DNA from: an uncultured delta proteobacterium
Lineage (GTDB): Bacteria; Myxococcota_A; Polyangia; Polyangiales; Polyangiaceae
Length of the DNA stretch: 64,000 nt
NCBI GenBank assembly: GCA_963850305.1
Contig: CAWKKR010000008.1
Coordinates: 384,001 to 448,000, forward strand
Direction: 5' to 3'
Shown here: positions 45,527-56,333 of the stretch, in pieces
Layout of the letters: every line of letters starts with the position of its first letter
How positions within the stretch are numbered: position 1 is the first letter of the stretch
Program-made: the position numbers and the translations under genes
Notes under the pieces: generated by a model
What the model saw: the letters and a program-made list of their open reading frames with translations, nothing else
The model's database searches: none
Told to the model about the DNA's origin: nothing

Positions 45527-47279
45527 ATGCAAAAATACCTAGTTCTATCGGCCACGGCGCTCGGGTGTCTGTCAGGCTGGGGGATCACGGGGTGCGGGAG
45601 TGGCGCGCCTTCCGTCTCCGGAGCCGCGCAACCCGGAGCGGCGCTCACCCCACCGAGCAGTGATCACTCGCTTCGCGACCTCACCGTGGATACTCCTCTG
45701 GATTTGCCGCCGTGCAATCACGGCGGTGAGGGAACCGTCGCCTACGTGGCGTCCACGAAGAGTCTCGTCGCTTGCGTGAAGGACAAGTGGACTCCGATTC
45801 GACATCCCGGCGGGGTCCGCCGGAAAGGAAGCGCCGCCAGGTCCGGTCGGTGCGACCGGTCCCGCGGGACCTGCCGGTGCAACGGGACCTGCAGGCGCGA
45901 CGGGTTCAGCGGGTGCGACGGGGCCGCAAGGCCCGGCGGGTCCCGGCGGCGTCGCAGGTCCCGTCGGAGCCACGGGCGCGCAAGGCCCGGCAGGTGAAGC
46001 GGGGCCGGCGGGTCTCGGCTTGAACTCTCGCATCTTGCTGACGCCCATTGCGGCTGGAACGACGTGCCCGTCGGGTGGAACCCAGATCGACGTCGGCATC
46101 GATGCGAACGACAACGGCGAACTGGATCAAAATGAGATCCAGCAGACGGCCACCCTCTGCAGCGGCCCTCCGGGCGTCTCTTCGCCGCAGCTCGACGCGG
46201 CTGTCGGTTCCCGCGATGGCGGTGTCGGAACGCCAGAAGTCGACGACGGCACCGACGGGGCGGCGCCCGGGATCTGTGGGAACGGCGTTCGAGAGCGCGG
46301 CGAACAGTGCGACGATGGCAATCAAATGAACCTGGACGGTTGCGACGCGGCCTGCCGATTCGAGCAAATCCAACGAATCAACTCGCTGACCATGCAATGG
46401 GCCACGGACTCGCTCTGCGCCGTGAACGCGCTCGGCTCGGCGATCCTCGCGCCAGCCCAGCCGTCGTTCCAGACGAGTCTGGACGCCGCGGTCAGCGACG
46501 GCACCATCACGGCGTTGCTCGACTTCCGACAGCTCGACGACCTCACGGGGACAGGCGACGAATCCATCGAGGTCGGCGCGTTCAGCGGCACCCCGCGAGC
46601 AGGGACGGGCTACGACGGGAAGAGCGATCTCGACTGGTGGTACACGACCGACGGAGCTTCGATCGACTCGAATCGGATCCCTCGAGCCGCACTGGGCGGT
46701 AGCATCGTTGCGAAGGTCCTTGCTGCGGGGCCTGGCGCACTGAGCGTTCCGTTCAATCCGGGCGGCTCACCGGGAGCGCTCGTCATGTCAAATGCGCTCC
46801 TCGAGGCCACCATTGGCGCGGCGTCCACACCGCTCTCGTCGTCCGGCAGTCCACCCGGTCACCTGCCTGGGGAGCACCTCGACCCGAGCTTGACGAGCTT
46901 TGGCTCCACGCAAGGCGGCGAGCTCTGCGGGAACGTCAGCGCGACGTCGCTGTCGCGCATCGCGTTGCCGGCCGCACTCACGGGCGGAGCGTGCTCTGTC
47001 GGCTACTTGTCGGCAAACTCGCTGCTGGATCTGCTCGTCGATGGGTGCACTACCCTAGGGCTCGTTTCGCTCGTCCGCGCCACGCAGCCCGATCAGGTCG
47101 ACCCCGCGGCTCCGATCGCAGGTGCCGGCGGACGGTATCAGCTGGTCACGAACTCGCAGCACCAGGTGATCACCTGCAAGGACCACGCGGGCTCGGCCGT
47201 GCCCCTCGGCGCGTGTCTCGACGCCGCGGCATATTCGAGCTTCTTTCGGTTCTCCACTGACCGGGTCGTCGTCAAGTGA
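45527..47279 (+). pseudogene. Collagen-like lipoprotein with [16 protein letters not shown] repeat and Myxococcus Cys-rich (DUF4215) repeat; frameshift ~45799
   Basis: ITGC lipobox; after removing one T the frame reads [13 protein letters not shown]... into ORF 46020..47279 with [16 protein letters not shown]...DGCDAAC. Confidence 0.8.
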
Positions 47280-50200
47280 CTACTCCCCGAGCCACTCCTT
47301 CGCCAGCGCGAGCGTCCGCGCGTTGGCTGGAAGGTTCGTCGTGAAGCAGCGCGCGAGCTCGGGGTCGCCGAAGGAGGCCGCGATGCGGAGGATGCGGTCG
47401 CGCGCGACGCGGAAGGCTTCTTCGGCTGCCGCGCGGTCGCCGAGGGTCGCGAGGGCCTCCGCGCGGGTGAGGAGGATTTGGGACCGCATGATCGGGTCCG
47501 CTCCGTGGCGATGCGCCGAGGCCAGGGCCTGATCCGAAAAGTCGCGGGCGCCGCTTGCGTCGCCGCGAGCGAGCTGCACTCGTGCACGCACGTAGAGCTG
47601 GTATTGAGCAAAAGGTGGCATCACTCTCGCCCCCTCGTCTGCAAGAAGGACGTGTTCCTCGACGGCGTCGAGCTCGGCCGCGTGAAGGAGCGCCTCGGCA
47701 CGGACCAGCCTCGAGAACGCCACCACGGATAGATGCTCCGAGGGAGCCAGCGAATCGAGGATTCTGGCTTGCAACAGGGACCTCGCCGTGCCGAAGGCGG
47801 ATCCACGCGAGCAACGTCTCGGCCATCCCGCCAACGGTATGGTTCAGGGTGGCTGCGAGCCGTTCTCGAGCTTTCCGGAGTTCCTTCTCTGCGAGGCCAA
47901 GGTCACCCGCGTCACACAGTGCGATGCCAAGGTAATAGGCACCGAACGGCCAACCGATACCTTCTCCGGTAGCCTCGAAGATCGCCTCCGCCTCCCGGGC
48001 CGCTCGAAGCGATCCAGAAGGCTCATCTCGATAGCGATCGAGGAAGTGATGAGATGTCAGGAGCCAGGCTACGAACGCCGGCTCGCGGGTCGTAGCACGC
48101 TCGCGGGCGGTATCCGCTCGCCGGAGCACAGTGCCGGCCGTTGATGGGTCTCCCAGCAAGGTCAGCGTCACGACCAGCGTGTGAATCGCCCATCCCACGG
48201 AGCCCACGGGCGGGACGTCTTTCGTTTCGTCGAGCGCGACGCGGAGCATCTCGGCGATGGGGCGCGGATCGGTCATGGCGACGGACGCGGAACCCGCTGC
48301 CACGTACCAGAGCGTGCTGCCCTCCGGGAGCAGCGACATCGCCTCCAGCCCATACTCGAGGAGCTCCGGCCCCGCCGACGCTACTGCGACCAGCGCTTGA
48401 ATCGCACGGAGCTTCCCCTGGGCCTCGCCCCGCGCCCCGAGCCGGATGCCGCGCTCGGCGAGCTCGACGACCGGGAGGAACGACTTCCCGTCGAACGTCT
48501 GATCGAAGAGCTTCGCCGCCGCCATCCCGACCCACTCGGCGGCGCGTGCGAGGTCGCCGCTCGCCTCGAAGTGGTTCGCGACGACGAGCGGGTCCTCACC
48601 GCGCGCTTCGAGCCACGTCCCGGCGAGCCCGTGCCCCGTCGCCCGGTCGACCTCCGTCAGCGACGCGTACGCCGCTTCCCGGAGGAGCGAGTGGCGGAAG
48701 GCATACTCGCGCTCGCCCGCGATGGTGCTCGACTCGACCGACTCGAGGAGCTCGCTCGCCACGAGGCCGTCGATGCCGTCGCGCACGCCGTCTCGCGACG
48801 TGTCTCCCGCGACGGCGACGACGCCGCCTTCCCAGAACGTCTCCCCGAACACGCTGGCCGCTCTGAGGAGCCTGCGTGCGGTCGCGGATTGCTGCTCGAG
48901 CCGCGCCTGCGCCATCGCGACGACCGTTTCGGGCAGCGTCGTCGCCCCGCTCGCGATGCTGCGGATGAGCTCTTCCAGGAAGAAGGCGTTGCCCTCGGCG
49001 AGCATCACAATCCGCGCGATCGTCTCGCCGGGGACGTCGCTGCCGAGCACCGAGCGCGCGAGCTCCTCCGACGCGCGCCGGCCGAGCCCCGGGAGCGAGA
49101 CCTCCTGCGTCCCGGGCCACGCGGTCCGCTCGCGCGCCTCCGGTCGACCGAGCGCGAGCACGAAGAGCGGCGCGCTCGCGAGCTTCCGGAGCACGGAGCC
49201 AACGAACGTGATGGTCGAAGCGTCCGCCCAGTGCACGTCCTCGAGCATCAGGAGCACGGGCCCCGCCGCACATTCCGCCTCGAGCCATTCCTCCGAGCTC
49301 CGCCGCAGCCAGTACCGCATCAGGTCGGGGTTGCTTCGCGCCGCGAGGAGCTGATCCGTGGGCGATTCCGGCGATGGCGCGCCGACCAGCTCGCCGAGAA
49401 ACTCCGCCACGCGTCCCGGCGCTTCGAGCCGCAAGCCGAGGGCGTGTTCCCGGATCCGCGCGTACTGCACGGAGGGCGGCTCCGCTTCGCGAGCAGAGGT
49501 CGCGTCGCGCACGAGGAGGGACAGGACCGTGCCCACGGCATCCGCAGACACCGGAGCTCCGCGGGCGAAGAAGATCCGGAGCGCCCTGCGCTCGCGCACG
49601 CGGTCCATCAGCTCGCGCCCGAGCCGCGATTTTCCCCCGCCAGCTGGGGCGGTGACCAGCACGCACCGCGCGGCGCGCTCGTCGATGCACTCGTCCAGGG
49701 TCGCCGTGAGCAGGCCGAGCTCCCGGTCGCGCCCGACGCACGGCGTGGGACGGCCGAGCAGCGTGCGCGGCCGGGTGGCGCCCTGGCGCACCGAGACGAG
49801 CGCGTGCGCGCCGCCCGCTTCGACCACCTCGAACTGCGCGCCGAGCAGGCCGGCGGTCACGTCGTCCACGAGCACGCGGTGTCCGTCCACCCGCGCGCTC
49901 CGTAACAGCGCCGCGGCGCGATCGATTGCGGGCCCGATGAAGCGCTCTTCGTGCGCCTCTGCGAGGCTCGTCGCGACGGCGATCCTGTAATCCGGGAGCG
50001 CCCGGGCGAGCTCGAGCGCGGCCTGGGCGGCGCGTGCCGAGAGATCGCTCGCGACGCCGCTGTCCTGCAGCGTGAGGAGGAGCGTGCCGCCGAGGAGCCA
50101 GCGCAGCTCCGCGCCGTGCCGGCTCGCGATCTGCGAGACCCCTTCGAGCTCCGCCGAGCCCTGGTCCGGCGTGGCCGTCGCGGCATGCGCGCTGGCGGCG

Positions 50201-51123
50201 GCGTCCCCCTCCACGAGGATCACGGCCGCCATGCGGCGCTCCGCCGCTCCGAGGGACGCCGGCGCCGCCGTCACCCGGGGCTCGGCGCTTCCAGTGACAG
50301 CTCCGGTGGTCACAGACTCCAGCCGTCCGATCAGCGCCGCGGCGTCCGGCGGACGGTGCGCGGGCTCCTTGGCGAGCATCTGCGCGACGAGCTCCTCGAG
50401 CGCGACCGGGAGCTCTGGGCACAGCTGCCGGAGCCTCGGCGCCTCCTCCACGAGGACCTTCGCGAGGATCGCGACCACGTGGTCCCCCGTGAAGGCCGGG
50501 CGCCCGGCGAGGCACTCAAACAGCACGCACCCGAGCGAGAACACGTCCGCGCGCGCGTCGACGGCTCCGCTCGCCGTCGCCTGCTCGGGAGCCATGTAGC
50601 CGACCGTGCCGAGAAGGGTGCCCGTCTGCGTGAGGCCGCGGGTCTGGAGACCGGCGCGCGCGATCCCGAAGTCTAGCACCTTCAACCGCTCGCCGTCGCT
50701 CTCGACCAGGAACAGATTGCTCGGCTTCACGTCCCGGTGAACGATCCCCTTGCCGTGCGCGAATGCGAGCGCCTCGGCCGCCTCGCGAACGAGGCCGACG
50801 CTCTCCGCGGTCGTTGGTCTCCCGCGGGCGAGCCGCTCCGCGAGGTCCTCTCCATCGAGCAGCTCCATGGCGAGGAACGGGCGATGCTCCGCCGTCTCCC
50901 CGTGAGCGACGTAGCGGACGATGCCAGGGTGCGTCAGCTCCGACAGCACGCGCACCTCGCGACCGAAGCGCTCTCTCGCCGCCTCGTCCGTCAGATCGAG
51001 CACCTTCAGCGCGACCGCGCCTCCCGCGACCCGGTCCGCGGCGAGGAACACCGACCCCATGCCCCCGCTCCCGATTGGGCGCACGATCTCGAACCGCTCC
51101 GCGACGACGTCACCGACCCACAT
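47280..51123 (-). pseudogene. Ser/Thr kinase-STAND ATPase-TPR protein (paralog 3), frameshift ~47770
   Basis: Same motifs (APAGGGKS, LEDVHWAD); conserved C-terminus ARDRILRIAASFGDP...LAKEWLGE lies in frame 47280..47834. Confidence 0.85.
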
Positions 51124-51575
51124 TCGAGCCCGGAGGATTGGTCAATCGCCGCGGAACGTCCAGCGCGCTGCCGTCCGGGCCCTCTCGATGACCTGATGCG
51201 CCGTCTCGACGCCCCGGTGCCTTCGGATGACGAGAGGCCCGTGCGCCGTGCATCCGATCTCCCGTCCCCCCGGCGCGCCTGCGCGGCTGCACCTCGCCAC
51301 GGCGCCTGCAGGCTGGCCCAGCAGCGGCAACGTTCTCCAGCCGCGCTCGTCCCCGCGGTGCGGCCCCCGAAGCTTTCGCCGCTGCGAATTCATGCGCCAA
51401 ACTCGACCCCGCTCCCGGATCCGGTTGCTCGCGGGCGCGTGATAGCGCGGTAGCCGAGATCGCGCTGGCGGCGCTCGGAGCGTGCCTCGACCTCGACGCG
51501 GAGCGCGCGACGTTTTACGCTGATGTCGTCCGTGTCGCCCTCGGCGGCGACGCCCGCACGGCACTGGAGAATCTC

Positions 51576-51830
51576 ATGCAATTCCCGGAGCACCGTGAAT
51601 ACCAGAGCGAGTTCGTCAAGAAGCACGTCTCCCAAGGACGCGCGGAGGGGCATGCCGAGGGCCGCGCACAGGAGGCGGGACGCGCCGTCGTGGCGGTGCT
51701 CGAGGCGCGCGGGCTCGCGATCTCGGCCGAGCACCGGACCCGCATTCTGGCTTGCACGAGCATCGACGTGCTCGAAGCATGGATTCGCCGCGCCGTGACC
51801 GTCGCGTCCGTCGAAGACCTGTTCGGCTGA
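51576..51830 (+). CDS. Rpn/PD-(D/E)XK-family C-terminal module (5'-truncated parent gene, internal start with RBS)
   Basis: EYQSEF...GRAEGHAEG...VLEARGL...RILACTSIDVLEAWIRRAVTVASVEDLF; GGAG at 51566-69; ~42 in-frame upstream codons without a start. Confidence 0.75.
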   Translation: MQFPEHREYQSEFVKKHVSQGRAEGHAEGRAQEAGRAVVAVLEARGLAISAEHRTRILACTSIDVLEAWIRRAVTVASVEDLFG

Positions 51831-51922
51831 GGACGGCGCGCCGTCGGGACGAGTGCAAACCGGTTGCTCGACCCGCGCCAGAGCCCGTAAAGGGCCCCAC
51901 CCTCGCGCGTCGAGGCCCATCG

Positions 51923-52012
51923 CACTATCGCCCCTGGGCCCAGCGTCTCCGCAGAACCTTCGGCATCGACGTCGAGACCTGCCCCAAGTGCGGCGGGCGC
52001 ATGCGCCTGCTC
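51923..52012 (+). mobile_element. IS91-family (Y2) transposase C-terminal remnant
   Basis: HYRPWAQRLRRTFGIDVETCPKCGGRMRLL matches the WAxLLxRxFxxDxxxCPxCGGxM tail of IS91/ISCR transposases. Confidence 0.75.
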
Positions 52013-52019
52013 ACGGCAG

Positions 52020-52560
52020 CACGTCTCGAGCGTCGAGGACGCGTCCGTCGGCGTCGAGAGGCTCGTCGAGCGTCGAGAGGCACGTCTCGAGCGTCGAGAA
52101 GCACGTCTCGAGCGTCGAGAGGCGCGTCTCGAGCGTCGAGAGGCACGTCTCGAGCCTCGAGAGGCACGTCTCGAGCGTCGAGAGGCACGTCTCGAGCCTC
52201 GAGAGGCACGTCTCGAGCGTCGAGAGGCACGTCTCGAGCGTCGAGAGGCGCTTCACGCGGCGCGAGGGCGCGTCCGTCGGCGTCGAGAGGCGCGTCTCGA
52301 GCGTCGAGAGGCACGTCTCGAGCGTCGAGAGGCGCTTCACGCGGCGCGAGGGCGCGTCCGTCGGCGTCGAGAGGCGCGTCTCGAGCGTCGAGAGGCACGT
52401 CTCGAGCCTCGAGAGGCACGTCTCGAGCCTCGAGGACGCGTCCGTCGGCGTCGAGAAGCGCGTCTCGAGCGTCGAGAGGCGCGTCTCGAGCGTCGAGAGG
52501 CACGTCTCGAGCGTCGAGGACGCGTCCGTCGGCCTCGAGAGGCACGTCTCGAGCGTCGAG
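52020..52560. repeat. 21-nt tandem repeat array (~25 units, several variants)
   Basis: Core cacgtctcgagcgtcgagagg with variant blocks gacgcgtccgtcggcgtcgagagg and cgcttcacgcggcgcgagggcgcgtcc. Confidence 0.92.
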
Positions 52561-52739
52561 GTCGTCGAAGGGGGCGCCCTCGGCTAGCGTTGCCGTCCAG
52601 CTCGGGGTCAGGCGTTCGGCGGCTTTCTGTCGGCCCAGGGCCGCGCTTGCTCGAGCTTCACCCACCGAGGTGATCTGCTTCACCCACCGAAGGGATGCCC
52701 GCGGAGCCGTCATCGGACAGCGGTAACGGGCGGAGCGCT

Positions 52740-53216
52740 TCACGGCCCCGCATCGTCCGCGCGGGCGCCGTCGGGTTCTGCGTGCGCGTCCGCCGCGCTG
52801 GCGTCGTTCGCCGATCCTGCGGACCCGACGCCTGCGCCGGCGTCCGCGCACCACGTCTGGGCTGGCGGGGCGCAATCGAGAATGTCACGCGGACCGGCGA
52901 GCGTCTGCGAGCAGTAGCGCGATCCGGCGGGAACGCCGTACAGCACGCCTCCGACGAGCGCGCCGGTGCTCGAGTCGTATGCGCAAAGCACGCTCCCGTC
53001 GTGCCCCCACGAGTAGAGACGATACGTGCCGCAGGTGCCTCGCCTCGGATACTCGCGCGGGTCGCACGAGAGGGTATCTTCGCCCACGGATGCCGTCGCG
53101 GACGCACGATGCGGCGGGGACGCCGCCGTCGCACCCCCGGCTCTGACCTGGGATTCGCGGGCATCCTTCTCGTCGTGCCGAACTTGCCCGAAGTCGCGCC
53201 CGGAGCGAGCCGTCAC
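52740..53216 (-). CDS. Cys-rich hypothetical protein or lipoprotein fragment
   Basis: CGTYRLYSWG...CAYDSSTGALVGG...DAG tail; no clear signal peptide, start uncertain. Confidence 0.45.
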   Translation of the reverse strand: MTARSGRDFGQVRHDEKDARESQVRAGGATAASPPHRASATASVGEDTLSCDPREYPRRGTCGTYRLYSWGHDGSVLCAYDSSTGALVGGVLYGVPAGSRYCSQTLAGPRDILDCAPPAQTWCADAGAGVGSAGSANDASAADAHAEPDGARADDAGP

Positions 53217-53268
53217 GCGCTCGCGGGTTTTCTTTCCGCGCTGCCGCCCGCGCCGCGGCCAAGAAGTC

Positions 53269-54195
53269 TCAGCCGCCGTCCACGCCGACGAGCACGGACT
53301 TCTGCGTGCAGAACACGCCGATCTCGTCCGTGAGATAACCGGGCAACACGGTGAAGTCTACGCTCGTCGGCGGCCGGGGGATGCCCCACGCAGAGAGCGT
53401 GAGGGAAAGCGGCGCGCAGTCGAACTGGGAATCGGTGAACGTGATCGTGTAGTCCCCGGGCTCGAGGTTGTAATAAAAGCCGAGTCCGTTCAGCGTCGTC
53501 TTCGAGGCCTGGAAATGACTGCCCTTGTTCTGGAAGAAGGGCCCCTCACTCGCCGACTCGATGGCGGCGTCGCTGCCGCTCTGCCTGAGGGCGACGCTCA
53601 CGTCGGCTTCGGTCTCGAAGGCGTTGGGGTCGTTGTTTCCCGGGACGGGGCCAATGGCGAAAAAGTTCATCGAGCCCTTGGTCGGGTCCTGCGTGACGCC
53701 CGCGGGCAGAGCTGCGCGCGTCGTTCGGTACATGAAGATGCCTCCAGTGGTCACCTCCATGTCCGTGCTCGCGGTCTGCACCACCTTCACCTCCTTGACG
53801 TAGTCGGCCTTCTCCAGGGTGATGATGAGGTTCGTCAGTGGAGGGATCTTGTCGAGCTCGAAGTCGCCCTCGGAGTCCGACGTCGTGCACGGGATCTCGG
53901 GGTGGTCGTGGACGCAGATGGCCACGCCCGGAAGGCCTGGGAGCTGGCCGATCCCGTTCGCCGCGTTCGCCCCGGCGTCCACGACCGCGGCATCAGGCTT
54001 TCCCGCATCGGGAGAACGCCCGGCAGTGACGTCGATCACTTGCCACGTCAGCTTGAAGGTCTTTGAAACGACCCCCGCGTCAGAGCCAAGTTTGTTGGTG
54101 TTGCTGGTGCCGTTGCTGGTGCCGTTGCTGCTACATGCAGCAGCGCTCACGAGCGCGACGAGGCCCACGGCGCAAACGCTTCGATTCATTGCCAT
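53269..54195 (-). CDS. Lipoprotein with carboxypeptidase-regulatory-like Ig domains
   Basis: AAAC lipobox; LPGVAIC...CTTSDSEGDFEL...LEKADY; YNLEPGDYTI. Confidence 0.75.
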   Translation of the reverse strand: MAMNRSVCAVGLVALVSAAACSSNGTSNGTSNTNKLGSDAGVVSKTFKLTWQVIDVTAGRSPDAGKPDAAVVDAGANAANGIGQLPGLPGVAICVHDHPEIPCTTSDSEGDFELDKIPPLTNLIITLEKADYVKEVKVVQTASTDMEVTTGGIFMYRTTRAALPAGVTQDPTKGSMNFFAIGPVPGNNDPNAFETEADVSVALRQSGSDAAIESASEGPFFQNKGSHFQASKTTLNGLGFYYNLEPGDYTITFTDSQFDCAPLSLTLSAWGIPRPPTSVDFTVLPGYLTDEIGVFCTQKSVLVGVDGG

Positions 54196-54243
54196 GTTCT
54201 TCTTCAGGTCGGGGAAGGGGCCGTGCCGGCGCCTCGAAAAAAC

Positions 54244-55356
54244 TCAGTTTCGGTTGCACTGGAAGTTGTAGACAGTCATCGGATCGTCCGTATTGACGAG
54301 GCTCCCCGCCACCAGGCACATCTCTCCGGTGTAGACCTCGTTCCGGAACGTCAGGACCGTGTCGCTGTCGTTGTCGACCTCGCACTCCCACTGAAGCGTG
54401 TCCGTGGGCTCGAGCGTCAGATCGCCGGAAAAGTCCCCGCCCGGCGTCTGCGAGGTGGGGTTCGCCGGCGTGTTGGTGTGAGCGGTGTCGTAAAACAGGG
54501 TCACCGGATCCTCCCAGCTGTAGTTCACGAGGACCGTCGTCTTGACTCCCCCGGAAACCTTCCAGATGGTCATGCGCTTCGCGTGCGCGTGCATGTGAGC
54601 CGCGAGGTCCAGGATGCGGATGGGCCGGTCGGGGCTGCAGCTGAAGTCGTAGTTCTGATGGGTGCCGGGCGTGATGTAGTAACCGAGCCCGCCGTTGAGA
54701 TCGACCGCGCCCCGCTGCCCCTTCATCTGGTCCTGGTCGATGTAGTAATAGTTGAGCCACGCTTCGCGGAGCGTGTTCACGTCGGAAGTGTTGATGACGT
54801 GAAAGTTCAGCACCGCCTGGGTCGCCGCCGGCACTTCGCGTCCGAGCCCCTGATTCTCGGGGGCCGGGTCCACTCGCTCGTCGACCTTCGGCGTCTGGGT
54901 CCCGCCGAAGAGCCCTGCCGGAACCTCATCGGTCGCATCGCACGGCGCGAAGCCCTGGGTCGTCACCGGCGGTGTCACGGCTTGCCCGGGAGCGTTCCGG
55001 CTTTGTGCGATCAGGTGATGGCTGCCGGGCCTCATCTGGAACTCGTAGCCCGAGTAAAAGATGTCGCTCGTGTTGGGGCTCAGCTCGAAGAAGCAGTCGA
55101 GCGACTCCTGGCCCGGCGGGAGCGTGAACTTCGCGACCTCGTCCGGATCATCGTAGTCCGACGGACCGTAGTGCAGTTGAAAGCCTTCCGTCGCAGATGG
55201 CGGAGCGAGGCACTGGTCGTCGCCAACGAAGCCGGTGTTGGTCGGGCAGGTCCCGTTCATCTGCACCTTGTTGCTGGAACCCGCGGAGGACGAACTGCAA
55301 CCGATTGCCGCAAGCGCGAGCGCGCACAACACCTGAGTCGCTGTTCTGTTCGTCAT
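54244..55356 (-). CDS. Copper type II ascorbate-dependent monooxygenase-like lipoprotein
   Basis: AIGC lipobox; Cu ligands GSHH, NFH, AHMH and EMC in PHM/DbetaH order. Confidence 0.85.
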   Translation of the reverse strand: MTNRTATQVLCALALAAIGCSSSSAGSSNKVQMNGTCPTNTGFVGDDQCLAPPSATEGFQLHYGPSDYDDPDEVAKFTLPPGQESLDCFFELSPNTSDIFYSGYEFQMRPGSHHLIAQSRNAPGQAVTPPVTTQGFAPCDATDEVPAGLFGGTQTPKVDERVDPAPENQGLGREVPAATQAVLNFHVINTSDVNTLREAWLNYYYIDQDQMKGQRGAVDLNGGLGYYITPGTHQNYDFSCSPDRPIRILDLAAHMHAHAKRMTIWKVSGGVKTTVLVNYSWEDPVTLFYDTAHTNTPANPTSQTPGGDFSGDLTLEPTDTLQWECEVDNDSDTVLTFRNEVYTGEMCLVAGSLVNTDDPMTVYNFQCNRN

Positions 55357-55812
55357 GCAAGGCTCCTTAATCGGGCTCGCCGTACGGGCCGAATATTTCG
55401 AGGGGGTTTCCTTGGGCCTCGCGAGGCCCCCAAGGCACTGCTGGCCCCTAATGCCCGACCGATCTGTCCCCGTCAATAGTCACTTCCGTGACGTCCGTCT
55501 CACGCCGCATCAGAGCAGCCACTCGATCAATCGCGCATCAGATTCGATCAATCGATCGATCTCGTCGAGGCTCGAGCAAGCAACGACGGCTGTTCGTCGA
55601 TTCCCGGGCCGCGTGATTTCGTATGGAGCCGCGCGACCTGTTTCACTTCGCGGCGATCAGCGATACTTCGTGCCACCATGCACGCCATCGTCAACACTTT
55701 GAAACTCGCCCGACCGCTCGACGACCAGATCCTCCACACGATAGAGGATTTCAATGTGCGTCCGTACCTCGCGGGTCCTGTCACGCGCAGCGTCGGCGAG
55801 GTCATCGTCGAC

Positions 55813-56052
55813 CTCCCCCGCCGCCTTCGGCGCGCTCGTGCTCGCAAGGGGGTCTTGACCCCCGCGGCTCGCTTCGCGACCGCTCCCCCGCCGCCTTCGG
55901 CGCGCTCGTGCTCGCAAGGGGGTCTTGACCCCCGCGGCTCGCTTCGCGACCGCTCCCCCGCCGCCTTCGGCGCGCTCGTGCTCGCAAGGGGGTCTTGACC
56001 CCCGCGGCTCGCTTCGCGACCGCTCCCCCGCCGCCTTCGGCGCGCTCGCTCC
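55813..56052. repeat. REP-like structured element, ~3.4 tandem 70-bp units
   Basis: ctcccccgccgccttcggcgcgctcg recurs at 55813, 55883, 55953 and 56023; shares core with the 21-kb array. Confidence 0.9.
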
Positions 56053-56304
56053 GGGATTGTGAGGGTTCGAGCGGGTGAAGTGGCAGCACCTGTGCCACTT
56101 CGCGACTTTTGGATCCGGTTGAGGGTCGAGCAAACGACGGGTCGCGGAACTCGTCGGAAGTCCGAAAATGCGCGGCGAAGCCGCGCCGCGATCAGCCATG
56201 GATGCCAACGCCACCAAATACGTGGCCAAGCCAGGCGCCTGCTGTCCAGCTCGGAAACGACGCTCGACCCGACAGCGCAGCGCAGACGAGAAAGGAAAAT
56301 CGGA

Positions 56305-56320
56305 CGGCACGGCTTTCGCA
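56305..56320 (+). promoter_or_regulatory. Putative sigma54 promoter
   Basis: CGGCACGGCTTTCGCA (GG-N10-GC) 13 nt upstream of ATG 56334. Confidence 0.5.
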
Positions 56321-56333
56321 AGCGACGGCGTCG

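Noticed and set aside
52020..52560. CRISPR array
   Set aside because: Units are contiguous with no unique spacers, and no cas genes are in the window.
55530..55812. Short divergent ORF fragments (PYEITRPG...LIEWLL; MHAIVNTLKL...)
   Set aside because: Too short, one lacks a start and the other runs into the repeat array; family not identifiable by eye.
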